Notes under the pieces: generated by a model
The model's input: the letters and a program-made list of their open reading frames with translations, nothing else
What the model was told of the DNA's origin: nothing
The model's database searches: none
Part shown: positions 9,599 to 19,316 of the stretch, one piece after another
How positions within the stretch are numbered: the stretch's first letter is position 1
How the letters are laid out: every line of letters begins with the position of its first letter
Made by a program: the position numbers and the translations under genes
Source of the DNA: an uncultured Clostridia bacterium
GTDB taxonomy: Bacteria; Bacillota; Clostridia; TANB77; CAG-508
DNA length: 32,000 bases
NCBI GenBank assembly: GCA_944387425.1
Contig: CALXEV010000005.1
Location: 30,208-62,207 of the forward strand
Direction: 5' to 3'

Positions 9599-10534
9599 TT
9601 ATTCCTCCTCATCTTTTAAAACCTTATTTAAAACTAATTTTTCTATAATCATTAAAAGACTGTTCATTAGCCAATATAAAGCTAATCCAAGTGGTGCTAT
9701 AAGCGCTACTGCAAGATACATTATAGGGAACATTAATGTCATATTTTTATTCATTTGAGCCATTGGGTCAATTTCTTTTTCTCCCTCTTCCCCATCTTTT
9801 TTTATATTATCTGTTTTTGGTCCAGTAATTTTTAATGAAATTACTGCAACTAATACATATAAAACAGGTATTATATATGCTTTCCAGTCAGAACTTCTAG
9901 TTGGTACTTGTGCTAAGTTTAAACCTAAGAATTCCATATTAATTCTTAATGAATCAACTTCATCATCTTTTATTTCAGATAAATCAATTTTATCAGTTTC
10001 TTCTTGTTGTTCTTCTGAGGTTTCTTCGGAATTATCTGTATTTTCCTCTGTTGGTTGATTTTTTAAATTTTTAATATTATCTAATTCACGTATTATTTCT
10101 ATTTCTGGATATGCACTATTTGTGCTTAAATCATTTTGTTGAATTATTTTAGTATATTTATCTATTACAGATACATCAACTTTTTTCATATAAGTTAATG
10201 GTGATCTTACTAAATAAAATACAGCAAATAATAAGATAATTTGCACTATTGCACTTAAGCATCCACTAAATGGACTCATATTTTCAGACTTGTACAATTC
10301 TAGGGTTGCTTGATTTAATTTCTCAGGGTCATTTTTGTACTTAAACTGAATTTCTTTCATTTTTTTCTGAATTTTAGTAGATTTTTTAAGTGTTTTTTGT
10401 TGTTTTATAGATATCGGAAGCATTAATAATTTTATTAAAATTGAAAATAAAATTATAGCTAATCCGTAATTTTGCACAAAATTATAAATAATATTTAGTA
10501 TGTATCCAAAAATATTTGCAAAAAATGCTATCAT
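9599..10534 (-). CDS. yidC: Membrane protein insertase YidC/OxaA
   Basis: 311 aa multi-TM protein in the syntenic position between yidD and jag. It contains an acidic insert (EENTDNSEETSEEQQEE). Confidence 0.85.
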   Translation of the reverse strand: MIAFFANIFGYILNIIYNFVQNYGLAIILFSILIKLLMLPISIKQQKTLKKSTKIQKKMKEIQFKYKNDPEKLNQATLELYKSENMSPFSGCLSAIVQIILLFAVFYLVRSPLTYMKKVDVSVIDKYTKIIQQNDLSTNSAYPEIEIIRELDNIKNLKNQPTEENTDNSEETSEEQQEETDKIDLSEIKDDEVDSLRINMEFLGLNLAQVPTRSSDWKAYIIPVLYVLVAVISLKITGPKTDNIKKDGEEGEKEIDPMAQMNKNMTLMFPIMYLAVALIAPLGLALYWLMNSLLMIIEKLVLNKVLKDEEE

Positions 10535-10548
10535 TATACTGCCCCTTT

Positions 10549-10767
10549 CTATTTTAATGGGTCATATCCTCCTTTTGAAAAAGGATTACATTTTAAAATC
10601 CTTACAAATCCTAACATACAGCCTTTTAAAATTCCATATTTTTCAATTGCTTGTTTTGTATATTCAGAACATGTCGGATAAAATTTGCATTTTATATTTT
10701 TACTTTCTAGAATTTTTGATATATATTTTTGATACCATTCAATTAAATGAATACATATTTTTTTCAT
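10549..10767 (-). CDS. yidD: Membrane protein insertion efficiency factor YidD
   Basis: 72 aa with conserved Cys residues and a C-terminal [11 protein letters not shown] motif. It overlaps the rnpA stop. Confidence 0.85.
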   Translation of the reverse strand: MKKICIHLIEWYQKYISKILESKNIKCKFYPTCSEYTKQAIEKYGILKGCMLGFVRILKCNPFSKGGYDPLK

Positions 10768-11120
10768 AACTTTTCATCTTCTTTTAAGATTTGAGCTCTC
10801 TTAAAAATATCTTGCATTTCTACTATAATATCTCTATATCTTAAATCTTTCAAGTTTATTTCTTTTTTGATTAAAATTACTATAGAATAATCGTTTTTTA
10901 CTTGAGGCTCTAGGTTTTTATATGCTTCTCTAATTAGCCTTTTGGCTCTATTCCTTTGGTAAGCTTTTCCAGCCTTTGTACTTACTGCTATCCCTAGTAA
11001 TTTCTTATTCATACTATTTTTTAAGAATACTATTTGTAATTGTTTTCCTAAGTAAAAACGACCTTTTGATAGGACTTTTTTGAATTCATAGTTCTTTTTT
11101 AACATTTCTGTTTGTTTCAT
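10764..11120 (-). CDS. rnpA: Ribonuclease P protein component
   Basis: 118 aa basic protein ([12 protein letters not shown]) directly downstream of rpmH. Confidence 0.9.
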   Translation of the reverse strand: MKQTEMLKKNYEFKKVLSKGRFYLGKQLQIVFLKNSMNKKLLGIAVSTKAGKAYQRNRAKRLIREAYKNLEPQVKNDYSIVILIKKEINLKDLRYRDIIVEMQDIFKRAQILKEDEKL

Positions 11121-11218
11121 TATTACTCATATCCTCTCTTAAGGTACAATAATATTTTTTAAATTCTAGGAAAAACCTAGAATTTAAACCTATTATTTAA
11201 TTTCACTTAAGTAAAAAT

Positions 11219-11353
11219 TTAAGCACATATTTTCTTTCTGCCTTTAGCTCTTCTTGCTTTAAGTACGTTTCTTCCTGCTCTTGTTGACATTCTTTTCATA
11301 AATCCATGTTCTTTCTTTTCTTGTCTGTTTTTTGGTTGAAATGTTCTTTTCAT
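11219..11353 (-). CDS. rpmH: 50S ribosomal protein L34
   Basis: Too short for the ORF track. My translation is [44 protein letters not shown], preceded by an AGGAGG SD. Confidence 0.95.
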   Translation of the reverse strand: MKRTFQPKNRQEKKEHGFMKRMSTRAGRNVLKARRAKGRKKICA

Positions 11354-11584
11354 TTATTGCACCTCCTAGTTTTTCGAAATTATATTTTAATTCCTTTTGG
11401 AAATAATTTCACAAAATAACAAGTAGAATGATTATACACCACTATTAAGCCTATTGTCAAGACCTTTTGGAAAATTTTAAATTTTTTGACTTTTATTTTT
11501 TTGAGTATTGCATTTTGAAAAAAAATATTGTATAAAGAATTAAAAATTATCAAATTTTGTAATATTTTTGTAATATTCGATAGT

Positions 11585-11797
11585 TTTCCACAGCTTTTTT
11601 TGAAGTTCTCCACAATTTTTTCAAAATTATCCACAATTATCTTGACTATTTGTGTAATATTTTGATATTATTATGAGCAAGAAAAGATAGGGGATTTCCA
11701 AAAACGTTTAACAAAAAAATTCGTTCGTAAAAAACTTTCTATTTATTACAAGATTATTACAAAGTTATCCACACCTGTGGATAACTTTGTGGATAAC
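11585..11797. promoter_or_regulatory. oriC part 1: DnaA-box cluster upstream of dnaA (also the dnaA promoter/autoregulation region)
   Basis: Forward-strand boxes are TTTTCCACA 11585-11593, TTCTCCACA 11606-11614, TTATCCACA 11627-11635 and TTATCCACA 11765-11773. Reverse-strand boxes are TGTGGATAA 11777-11785 and 11789-11797. Confidence 0.85.
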
Positions 11798-11820
11798 TTT
11801 TTTACATTTATTTTGAAAGG

Positions 11821-13191
11821 ATGTTTAAAATGCAAATTGACAAAGACGAACTTTTAAACCAAGCAAAAGAATTACTAAAAAACGAAGTAACACAAATTGC
11901 CTATGAAACTTGGCTAAGAACATTAGAGATAATGGAAATAAAAGGTAATCACATCGTCTTTAAAGCAGGATCAGAATATCATCATGACTTAATTAAAAGT
12001 CGATATGCGGATTTAATTCTTAATACTTTAAAATACTTAACAAATACAGAATGGACATTTTCAGTGTATTATGAAAAGGATAAGGATAAAAAAGAAGTTT
12101 CAGATGATACAATAATTTCAAACTCACAACCAGATATATCAGATGCTGAAATCGAAACTTCTAATAGAACACTTAATCCAAAATATACTTTTGACACATT
12201 TGTAGTAGGAAACAATAACAGATTTGCACATGCAGCAGCAATTGCAGTAGCAGATAAACCTGGTGAATCTTACAATCCATTATTTTTATATGGAGGAGTA
12301 GGATTAGGAAAAACTCACTTAATGCATGCAATTGGAAATAGAATCCTACAAAACAACAGATCTACAAAAATTTTATATGTAACATCTGAAAAGTTTACAA
12401 ATCAATTGATAAATGCCATCAAAGACAACAAGAATGAAATATTTAGAAATAAGTATAGAACAATTGATGTACTACTAATAGATGATATCCAATTTATAGC
12501 TGGAAAAGAGAGAGTGCAAGAAGAATTTTTCCATACTTTTAATGCTTTATACGAAGACAAAAAACAGATAATAATCTCAAGTGATAAGCCTCCAAGAGAC
12601 ATTCCATTTCTTGAAGATAGGTTAAAATCAAGATTTGAATGGGGTCTTTTAGCAGACATATCTTGTCCAGATTATGAAACACGTTTGGCAATTTTAAGAA
12701 AAAAAGCACAAGAAGAAAAAATTATTGTTGATGACAACATTTTAGCAAATATCGCAAACAAAATCGATTCTAATATTAGAGAATTAGAAGGTGTTTTTAA
12801 TAAAATCATTGCTAGAGCTTCACTTACACATAGTCCAATAACAATTGAACTTGCTGAAAATACAATAAATGAATTTAAAGCAGAAAGTGAAAAAGTTCTT
12901 TCATCAGATTTTGTTAAAGAAACAGTAGCAAAATACTTCAACATTGATAAAGATGATTTAGCAAGTAATAAGCGCTCAAATGAAATAGCATTTCCTAGAC
13001 AAATTGCAATGTATTTATGCAGAGAAGTTGCAAATATGTCTTATCCTAAGATAGGAGAGGACTTTGGGAACAGAGATCACTCAACAGTAATGCATGCATG
13101 CAAAAAAATTGAGAAAGAAGTTAAAGAAAAAACAAACACAAGATTAATTGTGGAAAGTGTGAAAAACATAATCATAAATGGTGAACAATAG
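11821..13191 (+). CDS. dnaA: Chromosomal replication initiator DnaA
   Basis: It has the AAA+ Walker A motif GGVGLGKTHLMHA and a C-terminal DnaA-box-binding domain (..DHSTVMHA..). The SD GAAAGGA abuts the first ATG, so 11830 (MQIDK...) is the more likely start. Confidence 0.95.
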   Translation: MFKMQIDKDELLNQAKELLKNEVTQIAYETWLRTLEIMEIKGNHIVFKAGSEYHHDLIKSRYADLILNTLKYLTNTEWTFSVYYEKDKDKKEVSDDTIISNSQPDISDAEIETSNRTLNPKYTFDTFVVGNNNRFAHAAAIAVADKPGESYNPLFLYGGVGLGKTHLMHAIGNRILQNNRSTKILYVTSEKFTNQLINAIKDNKNEIFRNKYRTIDVLLIDDIQFIAGKERVQEEFFHTFNALYEDKKQIIISSDKPPRDIPFLEDRLKSRFEWGLLADISCPDYETRLAILRKKAQEEKIIVDDNILANIANKIDSNIRELEGVFNKIIARASLTHSPITIELAENTINEFKAESEKVLSSDFVKETVAKYFNIDKDDLASNKRSNEIAFPRQIAMYLCREVANMSYPKIGEDFGNRDHSTVMHACKKIEKEVKEKTNTRLIVESVKNIIINGEQ

Positions 13192-13290
13192 AAAAGATAA
13201 TAGTTTAACTTTACTTTTTGAAAATTTGTTCTTATAGACAATTGTTCGGTTACAAAAAAGTTATCTTTACTTACGGAAAGGCTAGCTAGG

Positions 13291-13457
13291 TTGTCCACAC
13301 CCAACTGTTAATTTCTTGTTGATAAACTGTTTATAAGTACAATATCCACATTTTCAAAATTTTGCTGTGGACAAATTGGGAAGTTATCCACTAAGTTATA
13401 CACATAAATTTTTCTTAGGGGTTCAAAGTTTCCACATAGTTTTCCACATTATCCACA
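13291..13457. promoter_or_regulatory. oriC part 2: DnaA-box cluster between dnaA and dnaN
   Basis: Boxes are TTGTCCACA 13291-13299, ATATCCACA 13342-13350, TGTGGACAA 13366-13374, TTATCCACT 13384-13392, GTTTCCACA 13428-13436, TTTTCCACA 13440-13448 and TTATCCACA 13449-13457. Confidence 0.85.
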
Positions 13458-13512
13458 GCTACTAATACTATTACTACTAATAATATTTATTTTATATTTT
13501 AATATTAATAAA
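13458..13512 (+). promoter_or_regulatory. DnaA-trio-like TAN array plus AT-rich unwinding element
   Basis: A GC dinucleotide follows the last DnaA box. Next come nine consecutive TAN trinucleotides (TAC TAA TAC TAT TAC TAC TAA TAA TAT, 13460-13486), then pure A/T sequence up to the dnaN SD. Confidence 0.65.
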
Positions 13513-13525
13513 GGAGAGACGAAAA

Positions 13526-14641
13526 ATGAAAATTGTTTGTTATAAGGATAACATCCTTAAAGCTTTAAATTCCGTAGTAAAAGGTGTATCATCTAAAACA
13601 ACAATGCCTATACTAGAAGGAATACTTATACAAACTAATGATAATGAAATAAAATTAACAACATATGATTTAGAAATTGGAATTGAATATGTAATGGAAT
13701 GTGAAGTTAAAGAACAAGGAAGTATAGTTGTTAATGCAATAATGTTTAGTGAAATTATTAGAAAACTACCAGATACAGAAATTTATATATCACTAAACGA
13801 AAATAATTTATTAGAAATAGAATGTGAAGGTTCTTTATATAAATTAGCAACAATGAATCCTGAAGAATTTCCAGAATTACCTAAAATAGAAGTGGAAAAT
13901 TCAATAGAACTAGAACAAAATAAATTAAAAAATATGATTAGAAAAACAATATTTGCAGTTAGCTCTGAAGAAAACAGACCAATATTCACAGGTTGTTTAT
14001 TCGAAGTGGAAAACAATAAGCTAAATGTTGTTGCAGTAGACGGATTTAGATTAGCATTAAGAAGTATTTATCTACAAACAAAAGTAAATAATTTTAGGGC
14101 AGTAATACCAGGAAAAACACTTAATGAAGTAAATAAAATATTGTTAGATTCTTTTGATCCAATAAGAATAGGTATTTCAAAGAACCAAGCATTATTTGAA
14201 ATGGAAAATTGTAAAGTTGTTACACGTATATTAGATGGCGAGTTTTTAAATTATAAAACAGTTATTCCTTCAAGTTGGGAAACAAGAATAAAAGTAAATA
14301 AAAACAGTCTTCAAAACAGTTTTGAAAGAATAAGTTTAATTTCTTCTTCTTCAATAGAAAAGGAGAAAAAATATCCTGTAAAAGTATCTGTTGATATTGG
14401 AAAAGTTACAATTTCTTGTACAAACCAAACTGGAGATGCAAAAGAAGAAATCTTTGTATCTACAGAAGGGAAAAATATAGAAGCTGGATTTAATCCAAAA
14501 TATTTCTTAGATAGTTTAAAAGCAATAGATGATGAAGAAGTTTATGTGGAATTTGGAACAAACATATCCCCATGTTTAGTAAAACCTGTGGAAAACAATG
14601 AATATGTTTACATGATATTACCAATTAGATTAAAAGATTAA
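13526..14641 (+). CDS. dnaN: DNA polymerase III beta sliding clamp
   Basis: 371 aa in the position after dnaA, with the C-terminal ..YMILPIRL motif typical of beta clamps. SD is AAAGGAGAG. Confidence 0.9.
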   Translation: MKIVCYKDNILKALNSVVKGVSSKTTMPILEGILIQTNDNEIKLTTYDLEIGIEYVMECEVKEQGSIVVNAIMFSEIIRKLPDTEIYISLNENNLLEIECEGSLYKLATMNPEEFPELPKIEVENSIELEQNKLKNMIRKTIFAVSSEENRPIFTGCLFEVENNKLNVVAVDGFRLALRSIYLQTKVNNFRAVIPGKTLNEVNKILLDSFDPIRIGISKNQALFEMENCKVVTRILDGEFLNYKTVIPSSWETRIKVNKNSLQNSFERISLISSSSIEKEKKYPVKVSVDIGKVTISCTNQTGDAKEEIFVSTEGKNIEAGFNPKYFLDSLKAIDDEEVYVEFGTNISPCLVKPVENNEYVYMILPIRLKD

Positions 14642-14647
14642 AAATTT

Positions 14648-14674
14648 TGGTCAGAGGAGAGAAACTTCTGACCA
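14648..14674 (+). terminator. Terminator after dnaN
   Basis: 10-bp stem TGGTCAGAGG / CTTCTGACCA (one G-U pair) with loop AGAGAAA, followed by a T-rich tail. Confidence 0.6.
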
Positions 14675-14700
14675 TTATTTCTTAATAATAATAAATATGA

Positions 14701-14864
14701 AAAAAATAGCAAAAAAAAGAATAAAATAGAAAAAAAAAGATTGAGCGAGATTTTGAAAATTTTAAAATAAATAATTTAAGTATATAAAAAAGCAAAATGA
14801 AAAAGTAAGAAAAAAATAGAAAAAAAAAGAATAAAATAGTAAAAAAAAGATTGAGCGAGATTTT
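14701..14864 (+). repeat. 54-bp direct repeat (2 copies, 110 bp apart) in an A-rich spacer
   Basis: Copy 1 (14701-14754) and copy 2 (14811-14864) both read AAAAAATAG[C/A]AAAAAAAAGAATAAAATAG[A/T]AAAAAAAAGATTGAGCGAGATTTT and differ at 2 positions. A degenerate third core, GCACGAGAATCGAAAAT, lies at 15033-15049. Confidence 0.8.
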
Positions 14865-15144
14865 AAAATAAATTATAATTTATAAATAATATAGAAAATT
14901 AAAAATAAAAATAAATAAAATAAATTATATTTAATAAATTAGAAATAAATAAAAAAATAAAAAATAAATAACAAAAAATATAATAAATAATAAAAAAATA
15001 CAAAAATAATAAAAAATCATAAAAAAAACGACGCACGAGAATCGAAAATAAGCCATTTATTTTTTTGGGGTAATATAATTTTATGCCTCAAATAAAATAA
15101 AAAATTCTAAAAAAATCCTAAAAATAATAAAAAAATATACACAA

Positions 15145-16230
15145 ATGGAGAATAAAATGTGGATAAAAGAAATTAAATTAATGAATTTTAGAAATTATGA
15201 TGAACAAAAAATAAAATTACATGAAAATATTAATGTTTTTTTTGGTGAAAATGCACAAGGAAAAACAAATATAATTGAATCTATTTATTTAAGTAGTATA
15301 GGAAAATCTTTTAGAACAAATAAAGAAAAAGAATTAATTAAATTTAATAAAGAAAAAGCTTTTGTTGATATTTCTTATGAAAAAAGTGATAGAGATGGAA
15401 ATATAAAAATTGAAATAGGAGATAAAAAACAAGTATATTTAAATGGAATAAAAATAAAAAAATTAAGTGAACTTTTAGGTAATATTAATATAGTAATTTT
15501 TACTCCAGATGATATTAATATTTTAAAAGGCGGACCACAAAATAGAAGAAAATTTTTGGATGTCATGATAAGCCAATTAAGACCAAATTATATTCATGTA
15601 TTAACATTATATTTAAAAACACTAGAACAAAGAAACAATTATTTAAAACAAATAAAATTAGAAAATAAAAATGAAGAATTATTAGAAATATGGGATGAAA
15701 AATTAGCTGATTACGGAATAAAAATATATGAATATAGGAAAGAATTTATTGAAAAAATAATAAATAAAATAAAAATAATTCATAAAGAAATAACTCAAAA
15801 TAAAGAAGAAATAGAAATCAAATATTTTTCTGATTTAACTACTAGACAAAATTTTATAAATGAGTTAAAATCAAAAAGAAAGCTAGACATAATAAAAGGT
15901 TATACTACAAAAGGTGTACATAGAGATGATTTTGTAGTATATATAAATGGAAAACAAGTTGATATATATGGTTCGCAGGGACAACATAGAACTGCAGTTT
16001 TATCATTAAAGCTTGCGGAATTACAAGTTATATATGATGAAATAGGGGAGGAACCTATATTATTATTAGATGATTTTATGTCAGAATTAGATGAGAACAG
16101 AAGAAAAAACTTTTTTAATTATATAAAAAATATTCAAGTAATTGTTACATGTACTGAAAAAATAGTACTTGAAAATTTAAAATATTTTTCATATAATGTT
16201 ATAGATGGAAAGGTAATAGAAAAGGAATAA
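15145..16230 (+). CDS. recF: DNA replication and repair protein RecF
   Basis: It has the Walker A motif GENAQGKTN and the N-terminus (M)WIKEIKLMNFRNY. The SD GGAG lies inside the first codons, so ATG 15157 is the likely start. Confidence 0.9.
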   Translation: MENKMWIKEIKLMNFRNYDEQKIKLHENINVFFGENAQGKTNIIESIYLSSIGKSFRTNKEKELIKFNKEKAFVDISYEKSDRDGNIKIEIGDKKQVYLNGIKIKKLSELLGNINIVIFTPDDINILKGGPQNRRKFLDVMISQLRPNYIHVLTLYLKTLEQRNNYLKQIKLENKNEELLEIWDEKLADYGIKIYEYRKEFIEKIINKIKIIHKEITQNKEEIEIKYFSDLTTRQNFINELKSKRKLDIIKGYTTKGVHRDDFVVYINGKQVDIYGSQGQHRTAVLSLKLAELQVIYDEIGEEPILLLDDFMSELDENRRKNFFNYIKNIQVIVTCTEKIVLENLKYFSYNVIDGKVIEKE

Positions 16231-16240
16231 GCAACATTGA

Positions 16241-18184
<1,944 letters not shown>

Positions 18185-18193
18185 ATTAAATTA

Positions 18194-18223
18194 ATAGCTA
18201 GGAGAATAAAATCTCCTAGCTAT
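18194..18223 (+). terminator. Hairpin terminator after gyrB
   Basis: Perfect 11-bp stem ATAGCTAGGAG / CTCCTAGCTAT with loop AATAAAAT. The U-tract is weak. Confidence 0.55.
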
Positions 18224-18712
18224 TATCTATAAAGCTAATAAAAATCTTAACTCAGACTAATATATATAGTGGTCAAATCTAATGTATATTGCTATACAAA
18301 TAAACTATACACCACATATATTAATCAGTTGCTCGACTATTAATACATTAGTAGAAACCATATTCATCCACGTGGGACTAATAACAACCCCATATAATAT
18401 AAAAATAATCTTAGTTCAAATATATTACATATAATTTAACCATATATACATATAAAAATAATCCTTGAAAATTTAAATAAAATACAGCTTACATACACAT
18501 AATATATTTTTATCGCCGACATATATTAAGCCATAAAAATGACCCAATAAATATCTTTGTTCGAATATTAATAAACTAATAAAAATCCATTAATATTCTT
18601 AACTCAACTTGTATTAACCTTATACACATATTATGTACAAAACAAAAAATAATATTCAAAAAAATAAAAATTTTTTAAAAAGTTTATGTCGAAGAATGTC
18701 GAACGATTTTTC

Positions 18713-18741
18713 TTGACAAAAAAGAATAAGGATAGTAGAAT
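18713..18741 (+). promoter_or_regulatory. Sigma-A-type promoter of the island virB4-like operon
   Basis: TTGACA (18713-18718), a 17-nt spacer, then TAGAAT (18736-18741). The tandem direct repeats ATGTCGAA at 18686-18693 and 18696-18703 lie immediately upstream. Confidence 0.6.
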
Positions 18742-18762
18742 GTTTGTGAAAGGAGAGAGAAA

Positions 18763-19302
18763 ATTAAGTCTATACAAAAATGGTTACCAATAGAAGATAT
18801 TCTTGATAGAGGAATTATAAAAATAAGAAAAAATAAATATGTAAAAATATTAAAAATCGAACCAATCAATTTTAATTTAAAAACTCAATTAGAAAAAGAA
18901 TCAATTTTAAATTCTTATAAAATTTTTTTAAAAACATGTAATTTTGATATTCAAATTTTAATTCAAAGTAAAAAAGCCGATTTAAGTGGTCATATTAAAA
19001 ATCTAAAAAAAATTTCAGAAAAAGAAAATAATAAAATATTAAAAAATTATTTAGAAAAATATTTGGAATTTATTCAAGAAAAAAATAATAAAAATAAATC
19101 TGCCACAAAAAATACTTATTTAATAATAAAAAATAATATAGAAAATAATGAAGAAAATATAATACAAGATTTAAATGAAAAATATTTTAAAATTAAAGAA
19201 TGTTTATATAGATGTGGAAATAATGTTTTAGAATGTAATAAAGAAGAAACAAAAAATATATTATTTTCATTTTTAAATTTAAAAATATTTTTAGAAAAAT
19301 AA
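18763..19302 (+). CDS. VirB4-family N-terminal domain protein (separate ORF; apparent ATT start)
   Basis: The frame is open from 18739 to the TAA at 19300-19302, but the first ATG/GTG/TTG is TTG at 19063 (the ORF-track entry). ATT at 18763 lies 7 nt after GGAG (18752-18755). The translation ..KSIQKWLPIEDILDRGIIKIRKNKYVKILKIEPINFNLKTQLEKESILNSYKIFLKTCNFDIQILIQS.. matches the VirB4 N-terminal pattern. Confidence 0.55.
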   Translation: MKSIQKWLPIEDILDRGIIKIRKNKYVKILKIEPINFNLKTQLEKESILNSYKIFLKTCNFDIQILIQSKKADLSGHIKNLKKISEKENNKILKNYLEKYLEFIQEKNNKNKSATKNTYLIIKNNIENNEENIIQDLNEKYFKIKECLYRCGNNVLECNKEETKNILFSFLNLKIFLEK

Positions 19303-19316
19303 AAGGAGGAATATAA

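Noticed and set aside
11380-11634. 84-aa minus-strand ORF between rpmH and dnaA.
   Set aside because: It overlaps the DnaA-box cluster of oriC, has no SD, and reads as the translation of AT-rich regulatory DNA.
14642-15144. Repeats in the dnaN-recF spacer considered as a CRISPR array or minisatellite.
   Set aside because: There are only two long copies, separated by non-unique A-rich filler. There is no repeat-spacer periodicity of 28-37 bp and there are no cas genes.
18366-18383. parS-like sequence TTCATCCACGTGGGACTA with a palindromic CCACGTGG core, in the non-coding DNA after gyrB.
   Set aside because: It matches only about 12 of the 16 positions of the Firmicute parS consensus (TGTTNCACGTGAAACA), and the flanks are not palindromic. 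I found no better parS candidate in the window, including inside parB.
18684-18869. 61-aa minus-strand ORF spanning the island promoter and the start of the VirB4 N-domain ORF.
   Set aside because: It is antisense to a promoter, SD and conserved VirB4-type coding sequence, and has no SD of its own.
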